NCBI GenBank assembly: GCA_964016885.1
Contig: OZ024741.1
Location: forward strand, 139,252,001-139,316,000
Length of the DNA: 64,000 bases
Reading direction: 5' to 3'
Source: Eledone cirrhosa
Lineage: Eukaryota
The notes beneath the pieces are model-generated. The model had not been told where the DNA came from. It saw only the letters and a list, made by a program, of their open reading frames with translations, and did no database searches. Each line of letters begins with the position of its first letter. Within the stretch, counting starts at the first letter, position 1. The translations under genes and the position numbers were made by a program. Below are positions 41,104-53,500 of the stretch, piece by piece.

Positions 41104-44030
41104 TTACAGTTGCATTTAACTCGCTTTATGTTCATACGAGTTATCACCAAGTCAAAACCCGTGACCCCAAGAGACAACAAGCTCAACCATGTTCAAGAAA
41201 GAATATAATACACACACATGTATCTTTAGATGTTTAGACTTGTGATGTAATTATATTGACACGATCTTCCTTAGTATCTGGAGGGTTCTCATTAGTAATA
41301 TCTTTTGAATTTCTTCTATACGCGGGGTTCATGGGATTTGCGATAAGTAATCATTAGACCGCTTAGGTATCATTCCTAGAGCGCCTACAACCACTACAAT
41401 CTGTGCATGGTTAAGAATTTTCTAATTTTGTATAGAGCCTACGGATCTCTGTGCTTGACCAGTTGATGACATTGAAACTGTAGGTTACTACTGGTATGGC
41501 AAGCGTTTTTAAGGCATCGATCCTATTCCTTGCATTCAATTCCGTTTATAAGATTTCCCTTACTCTGCGGTAACATTCTTTCCTTATCCTTTCCCTCATT
41601 GTCGAGTGCTTGATTACGCCTCCTTCACAAACACCTAGATATCTGTAAGTTTTCTCTTGATCAAGTTCTCTTATCACATTCCCCCGATCAAGATTAATGT
41701 CTGAAATTTTCAGCAACTTTCCTCTGATGAGCGTGGCTTTGGCGCATTTGTCTGGTCCAAACTCCCTTTTAATATCATCACTGAACTGCTTGCAATTGCT
41801 CATAATTCTTTGCAAATAGTTTTAGGTAATCCATGTAGAATAAGTGATTAATGGTTTTATCATAGACTTTATAATGCTATAAGTGCAACGCAGAATAAAA
41901 GCGATGAAAATGTGTCACCCTGAAAAATTCCACAATTAATATTAACTTCTCCAGCTTCCAGTCATTTCTTTTCATTATTCCAAAGGTGTGTCGTTTTCCA
42001 TGTCATCATACTGAATGACAGGAAGCTCCTGACAACGGGAGATATTTTGAAAATCCCTAAACACTTTTCAATCCAACTGTGTGCCAAACTATCGAATGCA
42101 TTTTTGTAATCTATCCAAGCAATTGATAGATTTTTGTGTCTATTATGGTAATCTTCCAATATCATTTTGTTAAGGAAAAGCTGATCCTTACAGCCATATT
42201 AGCCTTTTTGCTCATTTGGAAATAGATAATTTGTTTACAGGTGATCATATGTATATTCAGTTACGACTGATGTTAAAATTTAATACATTGTGGTCAAGCA
42301 AGTTATCAGTATGTAATATTTGGGATTGTTTGTCTCATCATTCTCCGGAAGTAGGAATGTAAGGCCATGATGCTTATCTTTCCGACTCCTTAACCATTTC
42401 ATTGTAAAGTTGGGCTAACAGCTCATGAGACTCTGTGATGGCATTTATCCAACAATGTTGTATTTTGTCTTCCTGGGGATTTCCATTTGCTAGATTTTCT
42501 AAGAGCTAAACGCAGATGTTCAACTGTTATATTTTCCCATGTATCTTCCTCAAGATGAGCTGTACCTTTCATTTGTCTGTCTATCCATGGGGCATGTATA
42601 TTATTACCTTTTTCTTCGGCCCAGATCTTTTCCTAGAATTCCTGCACTTCCTCCTTGGGTGGTATTGATTTAGCAATTATTGTTGACTTGCTAATTTTTC
42701 TGTAGAAGTTTCTTTGGTTGTTTTTGAAAATATTATTGTTCTTTTTCAAAGCGCCTTATCGGAGAAGCTTTGGCCGACACTTATTGCTTGATTATTTCTA
42801 TCAGCATGTCTATGTCACTTCTTGATTTTATACTGTATTTTCCTTTCAATTTTCTAAGTTTAGTATGTTTAACATGTTCAAATACTTTGTAATTTGCTAA
42901 CATTTCTATGTCAGATCGGAGAAGGTTTATTTGGCGATTGATGTTCGCTTGCCAAGTAAGTTTTTTGTGAGGATTCCTTTGTTTTTTTTTTTATTTTCAC
43001 TCCACATAAGTGAGTGGAGACTTTAGCCGATGCATAATAGAAAGGATTTAGATCAGTAATGTTTAGTTTATTTGTGATGATAAGGTTTTTGAGAGTTAAG
43101 TTAGTCCCTATGTTAGTGTATTATCCTTTGGTTCTGTTTGGAGTTCTGGATCTTAGGGAGAGTGACTGGTTCCCCTATGTCAGATTCTTTCATTTTCATC
43201 CATTCGATCATAATTTCATTCTTAAAGTCGGCGAGTTCATTCTCATTCATTTCTTTATCATTGACGAACTCATTGTTTTCATTTTGAGTTTCATCTTGAG
43301 CATGCACTCCTTCCACTTTGTCGATCCTTTCTTTAATTTGTTGTTGCTTACAGTGATTCCGCCCCAACCCTAGGATTTGAAGTGTCGTTTTCACTGACAG
43401 ATGTTTCATTTACCCTTCGGTGACTTTCCGCTAATTGCTTGATCTGATCAATTTCTATATCAGTTAGTAACATTTTCTTAACAATATTTCTTCGTATATT
43501 AGTTAGTTTGTTACTGTCAATATAGTGTCTGTTTTCAGGATGTTAATTTTTCCGGTTGATATAAGTCTGTTCCGTATTCGATCTATTTGATGGGTAGTAC
43601 ATGGCAGTGTAGAAACCCTCAAGGACTTCTTTATTGTCTTCCCTTGACCATTTTTCTCTCTTTTTCTTTGGATTTATTGGTGGTGATCATGTCAAGCCAA
43701 CAGTAGGAGTATTCCGGTTATGGGAGGTACCTGCTCCGAATTGATGGGAGGGTTTGAACCATCAGCTCATATTTCGACGCCAGTCTGGATCCTCTCTGAG
43801 GGACGCGGTCCTTTTTGACCCACGTGACGGCCGATCCGGTGTGAGATTTTATCATTAGACATTGGCTTTATTTTGTTGCGTTTTATCCTTAACCACCAAG
43901 GGGTATCCATTTCGTGTTACCACTCCTAGGACGAGTGTCAACCACGACTAGAGCGGTCGTTCTTCCCCAGGGACACGGCTATTCCTCGTCAGCCGCCATC
44001 CCGGTATTTCTTGGTCACAGCTTTTGGGTT
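41104..44030 (-). mobile_element. R4/Dong-like family B, near full length, degraded, internal deletion near 41398
   Basis: N-terminal domain, AWIDYKNAFDSL, GIFQGD, NHLFYMDY and YRYLGV motifs; 3' UTR as in the other B copies. Confidence 0.88.
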
Positions 44031-44825
44031 TTTTTAAAAAAAATATCATGAGTGGTTCCTTAAATTATTATTAGTAATGTAATATACTTTTCGTTGTATT
44101 TGCATCTTCATTGCCAAAGCCGTTAACGTTTGACCGAGTTACTATGTCAGTCTATTTATATCTTGTGTTAGCCTCACCATTGTCTAGTGTTAGCATCACC
44201 TCACCTTTCTTAATTTAACAGAAGGTAGTGGGAGAATAGTGGTGATAGCAATGATGGAGTGGTGGCGACGGGGATGGGATAGTGGTAGTGTAGTGATGGC
44301 GTTGTCGCCACCGAATTCTGTTGAATAGACTGTAGCGAGTATGCGTTTGTTTGATCTGTATATCTATGCGTTTTGTGGCTTATGTTTAATATATATGTTG
44401 ACATATTTCCTTAATATTTGAATTAAACATTTTGAGAAGACTTGAGATACAATAGTAATTATTATTATGCTGGGATTGGTGGTGGTGAAAATGCCGTTAT
44501 CTGGCTGTTGTATTTAGTGTACACAGAGGTGGGGTTTAGGTGGAGTATCTAGGTTGTGGTGGTGAAATTGTCGTTATTTGGCTGTTCTATATAGTGTAGA
44601 CAGAGGGGGTTTTCTTTTTTTGAATATAAAATTTCTAATACAAAATTGAATATTTGAGCCATATGCCAGGGTGTTATAGGAATCCATTTCCTGAGAGCTA
44701 AGACTGGTGCCCTATGTCCCATTTGTACTAATAATTGTTATATCACAATTGTTTTAAATATGTTAAAAATCAAAAACTTACGGCAGCGATACCACAACAC
44801 TCTATCCACCGCGTGTGACCACTTC

Positions 44826-44980
<155 letters not shown>

Positions 44981-46113
44981 TTCCTTGAATCTCAGTCATT
45001 GATGTTGGTTAACTGGAAAGTCCGTTGGAATGAATATCAAGCCACTACCTGCAGCCTCAGATATTCAGGACGTATCGGAGGGTTCTTGCTGTTCCCAGCA
45101 AGCATGCCTTTTGAAGCGTTCCAAAAAGCGTGAAGGGGCCGATTTTCTTTAACCATCCCTGGAAACTTTTGGAGATAGTCCCCAGTGCGCCTATGACAAT
45201 CGGGATCACTTTGACTTCATGGCAGTTCCAAATCCTTTTCACCTCCCACTTTAGGTCCTGGTATCGATTAATTTTCTCCCTCTCCTTCTCTTGCACTCTC
45301 GTGTCGAAAGGGCAGGCCACATCCACAATCAGACGCGATCTTTTTTCTTTGTCCACAACCACCAGGTCAGGTCTATTGTGTTCCAGTTTTTTGTCCGTCT
45401 GTATCCTAAAATCCCACAGCACCTTCACCAGATTGTTCTCCATCACCGCCTCTGGCCTATGCTCATACCATTTCTCAGAATGTGGTAAATTGTTTACTTT
45501 GCACAGGTGCCAGTGGATCACCCTGCCCATCACATCGTGTCTCCAGCCCTTATAGTGGGTCTGGGCTAGGTGTTTACACTCGGACACAATGTGAGCCACA
45601 GTCTCCTCTCTCTCTCCACAGATCATGCACAGTGGGCTAGCCTCCTCCTTGTAAATATGGTTCTTCAACCACTTCGTTTTGAGGGCCTGCTCCTGCGCAG
45701 CCATTAGCATTCCTTCTGTAGCCTTTTTGAGGTCTCCTCTTCTCAACCAGTTCCATGTTTGTGGATCTCTAAATTCAGTTTTCTCAAAGAAGTTACTATG
45801 AAGGGATTTTCCCTTAAGGCTGCTCTTCCTCCTTGATGTTATTTCCTCCTTGGACATCCCCTGGCCTACTGTCCCCTCCTTCAGTACAGTTCTGAGCATT
45901 GGCTCCTTACTATAGGTCACGTATTTGTATAGGTTGTTTTTCTCCATCCGAACACAGTCCTCTATGCTGATAAGACCTCTTCCACCCTCAGATCTCCTTA
46001 GGTAGAGTCTATCGACATCACTCCTCTTGTGGAACATGTTGTAGATAGTCAATAGCTTCCTAGTCTTCCTATCCATTTCTTTTTGTTCAGCAACATTCCA
46101 TCTCAGAATTCCC
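44981..46113 (-). mobile_element. R4/Dong-like family A, 5'-truncated, open 339-aa ORF
   Basis: ORF 45057..46076 is near-identical to the family A C-terminus. Confidence 0.95.
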
Positions 46114-46142
46114 TTCTTCTTCTTCTTCTTCTTCTTCTTCTT

Positions 46143-46218
<76 letters not shown>

Positions 46219-46312
46219 GTATTATTGTTATTGTTATTCCTTTAATCTCAGTCATTGATGTTGGTTAACTGGAAAGTCCGTTGGATTGAATATCAAGCCA
46301 CTACCTGCAGCC

Positions 46313-48700
46313 TCAGATATTCAGGACGTATCGGAGGGTTCTTGCTGTTCCAAGCAAGCATGCCTTTTGAAGCGTTCCAAAAAGCGTGAAGGGGCCGATT
46401 TTCTTTAACCATCCCTGGAAACTTTTGGAGATAGTCCCCAGTGCGCCTATGACAATCGGGATCACTTTGACTTCATGGCATTTCCAAATCCTTTTCACCT
46501 CCCACTTTAGGTCCTGGTATCGTTTAATTTTCTCCCTCTCCTTCTCTTGCACTCTCGTGTCGAACGGGCAGGCCACATCCACAATCAGGCACGATCTTTT
46601 TTCTTTGTCCACAACCACCAGGTCAGGTCTATTGTGTTCCAGTTTTTTGTCCGTCTGTATCCTAAAATCCCACAGCACCTTCACCTGATTGTTCTCCATC
46701 ACCGCCTCTGGCCTATGCTCATACCATTTCTCAGAATGTGGTAGATTGTTTACTTTGCACAAGTGCCAGTGGATCACCCTGCCCATCACATCGTGTCTCC
46801 AGCCCTTATAGTGGGTCTGGGCTAGGTGTTTACACTCGGACACAATGTGAGCCACAGTCTCCTCTCTCTCTCCACAGATCCTGCACAGTTGGCTGGCCTC
46901 CTCCTTGTAGATATGGTGCTTCAACCACTTCGTTTTGAGGGCCTGCTCCTGCGCAGCCATTAGCATTCCTTCTGTAGCCTTTTTGAGGTCTCCTCTTCTC
47001 AACCAGTTCCATGTCTGTGGATCTCTAAATTCAGTTTTCTCAAAGAAGGTACTATGAAGGGGTTTTCCCTTAAGGCTGCTCTTCCTCCTTGATGTTATTT
47101 CCTCCCTGGACATCCCCTGGCCTACTGTCCCCTCCTTTAGTACAGCTCTGAGCATTGGCTCCTTACTATAGGTCACGTATTTGTATAGGTTGTTTTTCTC
47201 CATCTGAACACAGTCCTCTATGCTGATAAGACCTCTTCCACCCTCAGATCTCCTTAGGTAGAGTCTATCGACATCACTCCTCTTGTGGAACATGTTGTAG
47301 ATAGTCAATAGCTTCCTAGTCTTCCTATCCATTTCTTTCTGTTCAGCAACATTCCATCTCAGAATTCCCGCACTGTACCTAATAATAGACACAGCTCGGG
47401 AATTTACTGCGCTTATGGCATTTCTGCTGTTCAGATGTGACTTCAATACGCTCCTTACTCTCCGAATGTATTCAGTTCTTAACAATTCCTTCAATTTTTT
47501 GTTCTTTATGCCATCAGCCTCCAGAACGCCCAAATACTTGTATCCTTCCTCAGAGTCAATTTCCTTTATCATCTCACCTGTTGGTATCTGGATCCCGTTA
47601 CTTCTGCTCAACCTACCCCTCTTCATCACAATGACTCCACATTTACCAATACCAAACTGCATACATATATCACTGCTGAAAATACGGACAGTGTCAACAA
47701 GCACATCCAACTCCTTCTCACTTTTCCCGAAGAGCTTAAGATCGTCCATGAAGAGGAGGTGATTGATGGTAAGCTCTCCCCTTCCCAACTTGTATCCTGC
47801 TCTCACTTTTCGCAGCATAATGGTCAAGGGCATCAGGGCAAGGACAAACAACAGAGGGGACAGGCTATCTCCCTGGAAGATACCTCTCTTGATCTTCACG
47901 CTTCCCAAGGATACTCCAGTTGATGTCAACTCTGTCTCCCAGGACCCCATACTCCTGCCTAGCAACTGTCTGATGTTATCCGCCACCCTGAAGATCTCCA
48001 GGCTTTTGGTGATCCAGGAATGAGGCACCATGTCAAATGCCTTTCTGTAGTCTATCCATCCCATGGCAAGATCAGTGTGTCTCCTCCTGCAATTCCCCAT
48101 TACCATCTTATCAATAAGCAACTGGTCCTTTGTACCACGTGACTTCTTTCGGCATCCTTTCTGTTCGTCCGGTAACAAGTTGTTTGTGTGGAGGTGATGG
48201 TAGATTTCCTCAGACACAATGCTCGTCAACAGTTTCCACATTACGGGCAGACATGTGATAGGTCTATAGTTGGTAGCATCATTACCCTTGATTCGGTCTT
48301 TCATTATCAGAACTGTGGTACCTTTTGTCAACCACTCTGGCACCTCACCCGACACCAAGCAGTCATTGAACATGGCCGTCAGCTTCGGGTGGAGGGATGT
48401 TATATTTTTAATCCAATACCCCTGCACACCATCTGGGCCTGGTGATTTCCAGTTGGTTAGTTTTTTGGCCTGCCCCTTAAGAGTTTCAACTGTGATACTC
48501 AAATCAGTTTGTTGGTGTGCCTGTTCACTAATCTCCTTCTGTACTGTCTCAATCCACACTGCCTGGTCATTATGTTTAACATCCTTCTCCCATATTCCTC
48601 TCCAGAATGTTTTAGTTTGTTCCGCCTCAGGGATCAAGTCGCTGCATCTTTCTTTCCCTTCAAGCTGTCCAAACAGCATCTTCTGGTTGTTGTCGAACAT
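46313..48700 (-). CDS. Reverse transcriptase, CCHC zinc knuckle and restriction-like endonuclease (C-terminal 795 aa)
   Basis: KSPGPDG, NYRPITCL, IDYRKAFDMVPH, GIFQGDSLSP, LLFMDD, YKYLG, CRIC..ETVAHIVSEC, RHD, RPD..D..EK..KY-type RLE motifs. Confidence 0.93.
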   Translation of the reverse strand: MFDNNQKMLFGQLEGKERCSDLIPEAEQTKTFWRGIWEKDVKHNDQAVWIETVQKEISEQAHQQTDLSITVETLKGQAKKLTNWKSPGPDGVQGYWIKNITSLHPKLTAMFNDCLVSGEVPEWLTKGTTVLIMKDRIKGNDATNYRPITCLPVMWKLLTSIVSEEIYHHLHTNNLLPDEQKGCRKKSRGTKDQLLIDKMVMGNCRRRHTDLAMGWIDYRKAFDMVPHSWITKSLEIFRVADNIRQLLGRSMGSWETELTSTGVSLGSVKIKRGIFQGDSLSPLLFVLALMPLTIMLRKVRAGYKLGRGELTINHLLFMDDLKLFGKSEKELDVLVDTVRIFSSDICMQFGIGKCGVIVMKRGRLSRSNGIQIPTGEMIKEIDSEEGYKYLGVLEADGIKNKKLKELLRTEYIRRVRSVLKSHLNSRNAISAVNSRAVSIIRYSAGILRWNVAEQKEMDRKTRKLLTIYNMFHKRSDVDRLYLRRSEGGRGLISIEDCVQMEKNNLYKYVTYSKEPMLRAVLKEGTVGQGMSREEITSRRKSSLKGKPLHSTFFEKTEFRDPQTWNWLRRGDLKKATEGMLMAAQEQALKTKWLKHHIYKEEASQLCRICGEREETVAHIVSECKHLAQTHYKGWRHDVMGRVIHWHLCKVNNLPHSEKWYEHRPEAVMENNQVKVLWDFRIQTDKKLEHNRPDLVVVDKEKRSCLIVDVACPFDTRVQEKEREKIKRYQDLKWEVKRIWKCHEVKVIPIVIGALGTISKSFQGWLKKIGPFTLFGTLQKACLLGTARTLRYVLNI

Positions 48701-49731
48701 GCGGTTCTGTCTATACTGACTCTGTTCTCGTATCGCCTGATTTTTGGACTCTTTGCTACAATGCGTTGCTTCAGTTCCTCTATGATAATATTTAGCTTTT
48801 TCCTCCTAGTTTTGTACTTTATTTCCAGTCTATTTTTAGTGTCTATATTTTTTAGTGTCCCATTCAGTAGGGACTCAAGCTTTCCAATGTCATTTCTCAT
48901 TTCCCTGATTTGACCACTCAGTCGTATCTTCCACCAAGGTTGTGCTCTTTCTTGTCTGTTGTTTCCTCTCGCTTTTATACCAAGTAGTTTCCTCACCGTA
49001 TTTGCTGTTGCTTTGAGGATATTGTTGCACTGGTGAAGGCTCCTCGCCTCAAGGTATGGGATGACTTTGTTTACCTTAGCTGTTGTTTCTTTTAACTTTT
49101 TCCTGTCTACAAATCTTAGGTTCATAGGTCTCCCACTATTATTATTCAATTCATCTACCACTAAGTTTAGGATATTAACCAACTCTTGTCCTAGCCCGTC
49201 AGTATTCATCTCCTCAGTCGCCGTATCTCTGTTCCAGGTATTATTTATCTCGGCATTCAGGTCATTGTCTGCTTCGGGTGGTTCCTCCGTTCTCTCGACC
49301 GCTTCACCTTCATTTCCCACTGGCTCGTTTGCCTGGTATACTCCACTCTCCATCTTTAAGCTAATCTCTCTGCTCAGTTCCTCCAGTTCGAGCTCGCTTA
49401 TCCACCCATTAGTTCTTATTACCCGAGCCTGCCCGGCCAATTTTTGTTCATCTAATTTAAATAGACCAATCTCGTTCCAGATGTTATGCATCCGTCTCCT
49501 ATATCCTTTCTCCTTGGGGTTACTCTTCAGGTAACATTGCATAACAGTTCTATTCAATTCTTTCGTCCAGTTGGTTCTAGTCCCTTTCCTTCTTCTTCCT
49601 CCGACACCAGCAGTATTTGGTTGACAGCCAGGTCCCTGCTGCTGAGCCAGGGAGCACCTGTTGGGTGAGAGTTTGTCACATGACATTCCAGTCTCCATTT
49701 CACCTTTATTTGAACTGTTTAGGATCGACAT
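48634..49731 (-). CDS. N-terminal region of the same R4/Dong-like ORF, frameshifted relative to the RT part
   Basis: WTKELNRTVMQCY, GYRRRMHNIW, QPWWKIRL and ELKQRI..K...IRRY, as seen in R4-clade N-termini. Confidence 0.8.
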   Translation of the reverse strand: MSILNSSNKGEMETGMSCDKLSPNRCSLAQQQGPGCQPNTAGVGGRRRKGTRTNWTKELNRTVMQCYLKSNPKEKGYRRRMHNIWNEIGLFKLDEQKLAGQARVIRTNGWISELELEELSREISLKMESGVYQANEPVGNEGEAVERTEEPPEADNDLNAEINNTWNRDTATEEMNTDGLGQELVNILNLVVDELNNNSGRPMNLRFVDRKKLKETTAKVNKVIPYLEARSLHQCNNILKATANTVRKLLGIKARGNNRQERAQPWWKIRLSGQIREMRNDIGKLESLLNGTLKNIDTKNRLEIKYKTRRKKLNIIIEELKQRIVAKSPKIRRYENRVSIDRTACSTTTRRCCLDSLKGKKDAAT

Positions 49732-50447
49732 TTAAACACTCTTATCGAGGATTGGCGAATGTATGGTTACATAACCACCGGTGAATTTATCATCTCCGGT
49801 GGTTTCATCACTCCACGTGATTTTTGTGTGGCATTATTACGCTGTAGACGAACATAAATAAACAAACACACAAACAGGCAAAAAAAAAAACCAAAAATGA
49901 ATAAGCATAAGTTTCATTGTAATGTAGTTCTTCAATGTCTGACTTAGTTTTTCCCTTCCCTTCTCTGTCCGTCTGTTTGTTTTTCTCTTCATTCTTATTT
50001 TCTTTACGTTTTTCGTTGTTGCTGTGCTGCTTTGATTTTGATTTTTGATTTTTTTTTTGATTTTGACCGGGTCATCAATTCAGTCTATTTATATATTTTG
50101 ATGCCTTCCTCTTTTAGTGTGGATTCTACAATATAGCAGGGGGCAGCGGGAGAGAATAGCGGCGGTAGTGGTAATGAGGCAGTGGTGGTGGTGGTGGTGG
50201 CGGTGCTGTGCTAGCAACAACTAGCAGGAGGTAGTGGGAGAGAATAGCAGCGGTAGAGATAATAAGGCAGTGGCGGTGGTGATGTGTTCGCATTACTGTA
50301 GTGATGGTGTTGAAGTTGGAGTAGAAATAGCAGTCGAGTCGACTTGACCAGAGTTTTGATCGTGGTAGTGGTGGTGGTGTTGGTGGTGAAATCATCTTTA
50401 GTTATTTATTCATTTTTTCATTTTGTCATTTTCCTCCTTTTCGACTC

Positions 50448-50502
<55 letters not shown>

Positions 50503-50504
<2 letters not shown>

Positions 50505-53500
50505 GGCGACCTACCGTATTATCGTGAGCTCCACAAAGGTTTTTTGTCTTCAGTTGTTTCAAATTGCCTGTTATGGAAAATCTTTGTTGTTAAGAGTTTA
50601 TAATTTCACATATATTGATTTCTGAAAAGGATACTGAATAATATTGGGACCCTGAGGCTAAAATTTAAACTTTTTATTTTACCAAACAAAATAATTCTTT
50701 GAAAAAAAAACATGCACGACAAATCACCTGTTTCTAACAGACTAACATCCCCCACCACCATCGTAAAACTTGCCACGTTGCCAACACTGAAAATATAATT
50801 AATAGCAGTCTTAATTATTTAGATTTGCCGCATACAGGATTCCCCGCCATTACCAACAACTACAGGTGTTAAACCCGCCATCAATATCAAAAAGAACAAC
50901 CAAAACCATTGATACTACCACCACCACCACAGCGACAACAGAAACAAAAAATAAATTATCATCTCGTGACATTAAAATGGATTCACTCAGAATAGACTCT
51001 TCCACGCCGAACACCACTGACACCACCACCACCACCTCCACCATCACAACTGAAACTAAAAATTACAATAACAAAAATAACAATAACAACATCAATGAGA
51101 ATAACAACAACAACACAACCACCAGCGCAAAATAAAATGATTCGTTTGCCAAAGCAGCGAAGAAAAGCGAAACAATCGAGGTAAGCCAGGTTGATTTGAA
51201 TGAAGCCAAGCGAATGGTAAAAAAAGTTGGGTACAGGGTCAGGCTCCCCACCCCCATCTAATAAAATTGAGCTTCGGCGCTTATGCACCGTGTCATATCG
51301 GACGTCAAACCCAAAATGACGCCGCGTGAAACGGGCATCCGAGTCCCACATACAAAAAGCTTTGGGTCATGTGTGGGCGAAAAAACCCCACATCAGACGT
51401 GGGCAGAAATATGGAGCCGTGGAACTGTTCTTTGGAACCCCACAGGAAGCCAGAGAGCACTCCATGGCCCCATTAAGAAGTGACGAGTTCACACTCTTCC
51501 CAAACTATTGTGGTCAGAGACTCGTGAATATCAGGGCGACCCACGTTCCGCCGGCCATTGAAATTCCCTGGCTAAGGGCTGCCGTCCTCGGCGACATCGA
51601 GGCCAACACTAAAGTAATTGAGGTAATAAAAGTAAAGCAGGAGACTGGTCTGGATCTTGGATGGAGTTCCTGATCCAAGCGGACCAAAAAAATATAGAGG
51701 AAATTCCAGAGGTGAAAGACCTCAATGCGGCAGCCACCTCACCGTAATCGTCAAGGGTAGAAGGCACAGCTGTCTCGTTTTTGGCGAAGGAACCCACCCA
51801 AAGGCTTTCTGCCCTCTAGCTAAACAGTTGAAACAACCACTCCTATCCACCCCAGTAACTCAACCATCAAAACCAGTAGCAGAAATGGCAGCAACAACTG
51901 TAGCAACAACAACAGAAGCAACTGTAACAGCAACAACCCCAGCAACTGTAGCAGCAACAGTAGCAAAACCACCACCACCACCACCCACCGCACCAGCGCC
52001 TCCACCATCCACCACACCACAACCAAAACCAACGCATGTGGAGGACTTTCCACTCCCCGGCCGATCACAACTGGAGACAGATTGTGACGACGAGAAGTGG
52101 GAAACTATCTGGAAAAAAGAAAAAAAAAGAACCCCAAAAAGAAAAATTCTCTTCCTTCGCCCTTCAAAAACAAAATGCAGGGTGAAACAAACAAATAAAC
52201 TAACAAAAAAGTTAAGATAGCTATGCCAACACCCATACCAGCATCAGCAGCCCCACCACCACAACCACCAACACCATCACCATCATTAATCCCAACACCA
52301 CCATCACCAACACCACAAAAATCACCAACAAGCGAAACAGAAACAACACCACAAAACAAAGCAACCAAAACGATACACACTCCACAGCATTTAATTTGAA
52401 CAACAACCAATTATTACACTACATGCAACACAAGACCAGCATCATAGAAAAAAACTACACCTCAAAAATTCACACCCCCTCCACACATTCAAATCACTCG
52501 CATCACACAGAAAACGTTTACGACACTAAAATTAAAATGCCCTAAGGACATCGGAGACTTCCGACAAACATTCTCCAGGAGGATTTATAAATCATCCTTC
52601 CGGAGGAGGCCACAAGCTGCGAGAAGGACGGAAAAACCATCCTTCCTCCACAAGAAGTGTGGTAAGTGGTCTTTACCATCTTTTGTCACTCCTTTTCAAC
52701 TCAGAATAGGCAGCATATAAGAACGTGGCCTGGGGTCGTCATGGAAGTAGGGTCATCTGCTCAACAACCTCAGGTGACTAAACATAGATGTGGTGGCCAT
52801 TAGTGAGACCAGAATCTCCGAAGCACGAGCCTTCGGACCGTACTTCGGCGGCTACAATGTTACGCATTTCCCAGCCGTCCAGGATCGGAGGGAGGAGTTG
52901 CTGTGCTTTTTCGGAGAGGCTTGGATCTCACTATACGTGCCATCTTCCTGGACCCAGAAGGTAATTTGGTGGTGCTGGACGTGACCAGCGGAGAAGAGCA
53001 AGCTTTCAGGCTAGTGGCCGTCTATGCCCCGACAGGAGCAGGGCGGCCTGATTTCTTTCTTTATTGTTAGTGAGGGACTGGAACGGGATCTTAGATGCAT
53101 GCTGGGACTGTGTGGGATTATCGGATAAGGGAGGAGAGTGTAAAAGCCTCGCAAACCTGCTCTGACGGTTTCAACTGTCTCACAGGTACCGTCTGGATTT
53201 CCCGAATGTGCCAATGTGGACATGGACAAGCGCGAATCGGGTCATCCAGATCATATCTAGATAGGGTATTTTGTAAGGAAATAGATAGGTCTAGCATAGC
53301 CTGTCCCCATTTCAAAATAGTCGACTACACGGACCAGAAATTCCTGATCTGTGAAGTTGACTTAGATAGGCTTCATAGGCAGGGACCGGCTACTGGAAGG
53401 TAAACGCGTCGTTAACAGCGCGCAAGGCCTACAGCGACCGGAATAGCGAACTAGTTAACCGGGCGTTGACGGAGGCCATCGACATCAACAAATGGTGGTT

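Larger units (their letters stand above)
46237..49832 (-). mobile_element. Near full-length R4/Dong-like RLE non-LTR retrotransposon (family A)
   Basis: Single long ORF split by one frameshift at about 48715; short 3' UTR ending in (TAA)n. The 5' boundary is approximate and may extend to about 50345. Confidence 0.93.

Noticed and set aside
43895-44005. CTGACGA...CGAAA on the minus strand in the family B 5' region
   Set aside because: The CTGACGA lies in a cggct/agccg hairpin and stems I and III do not form; only a structured UTR can be claimed
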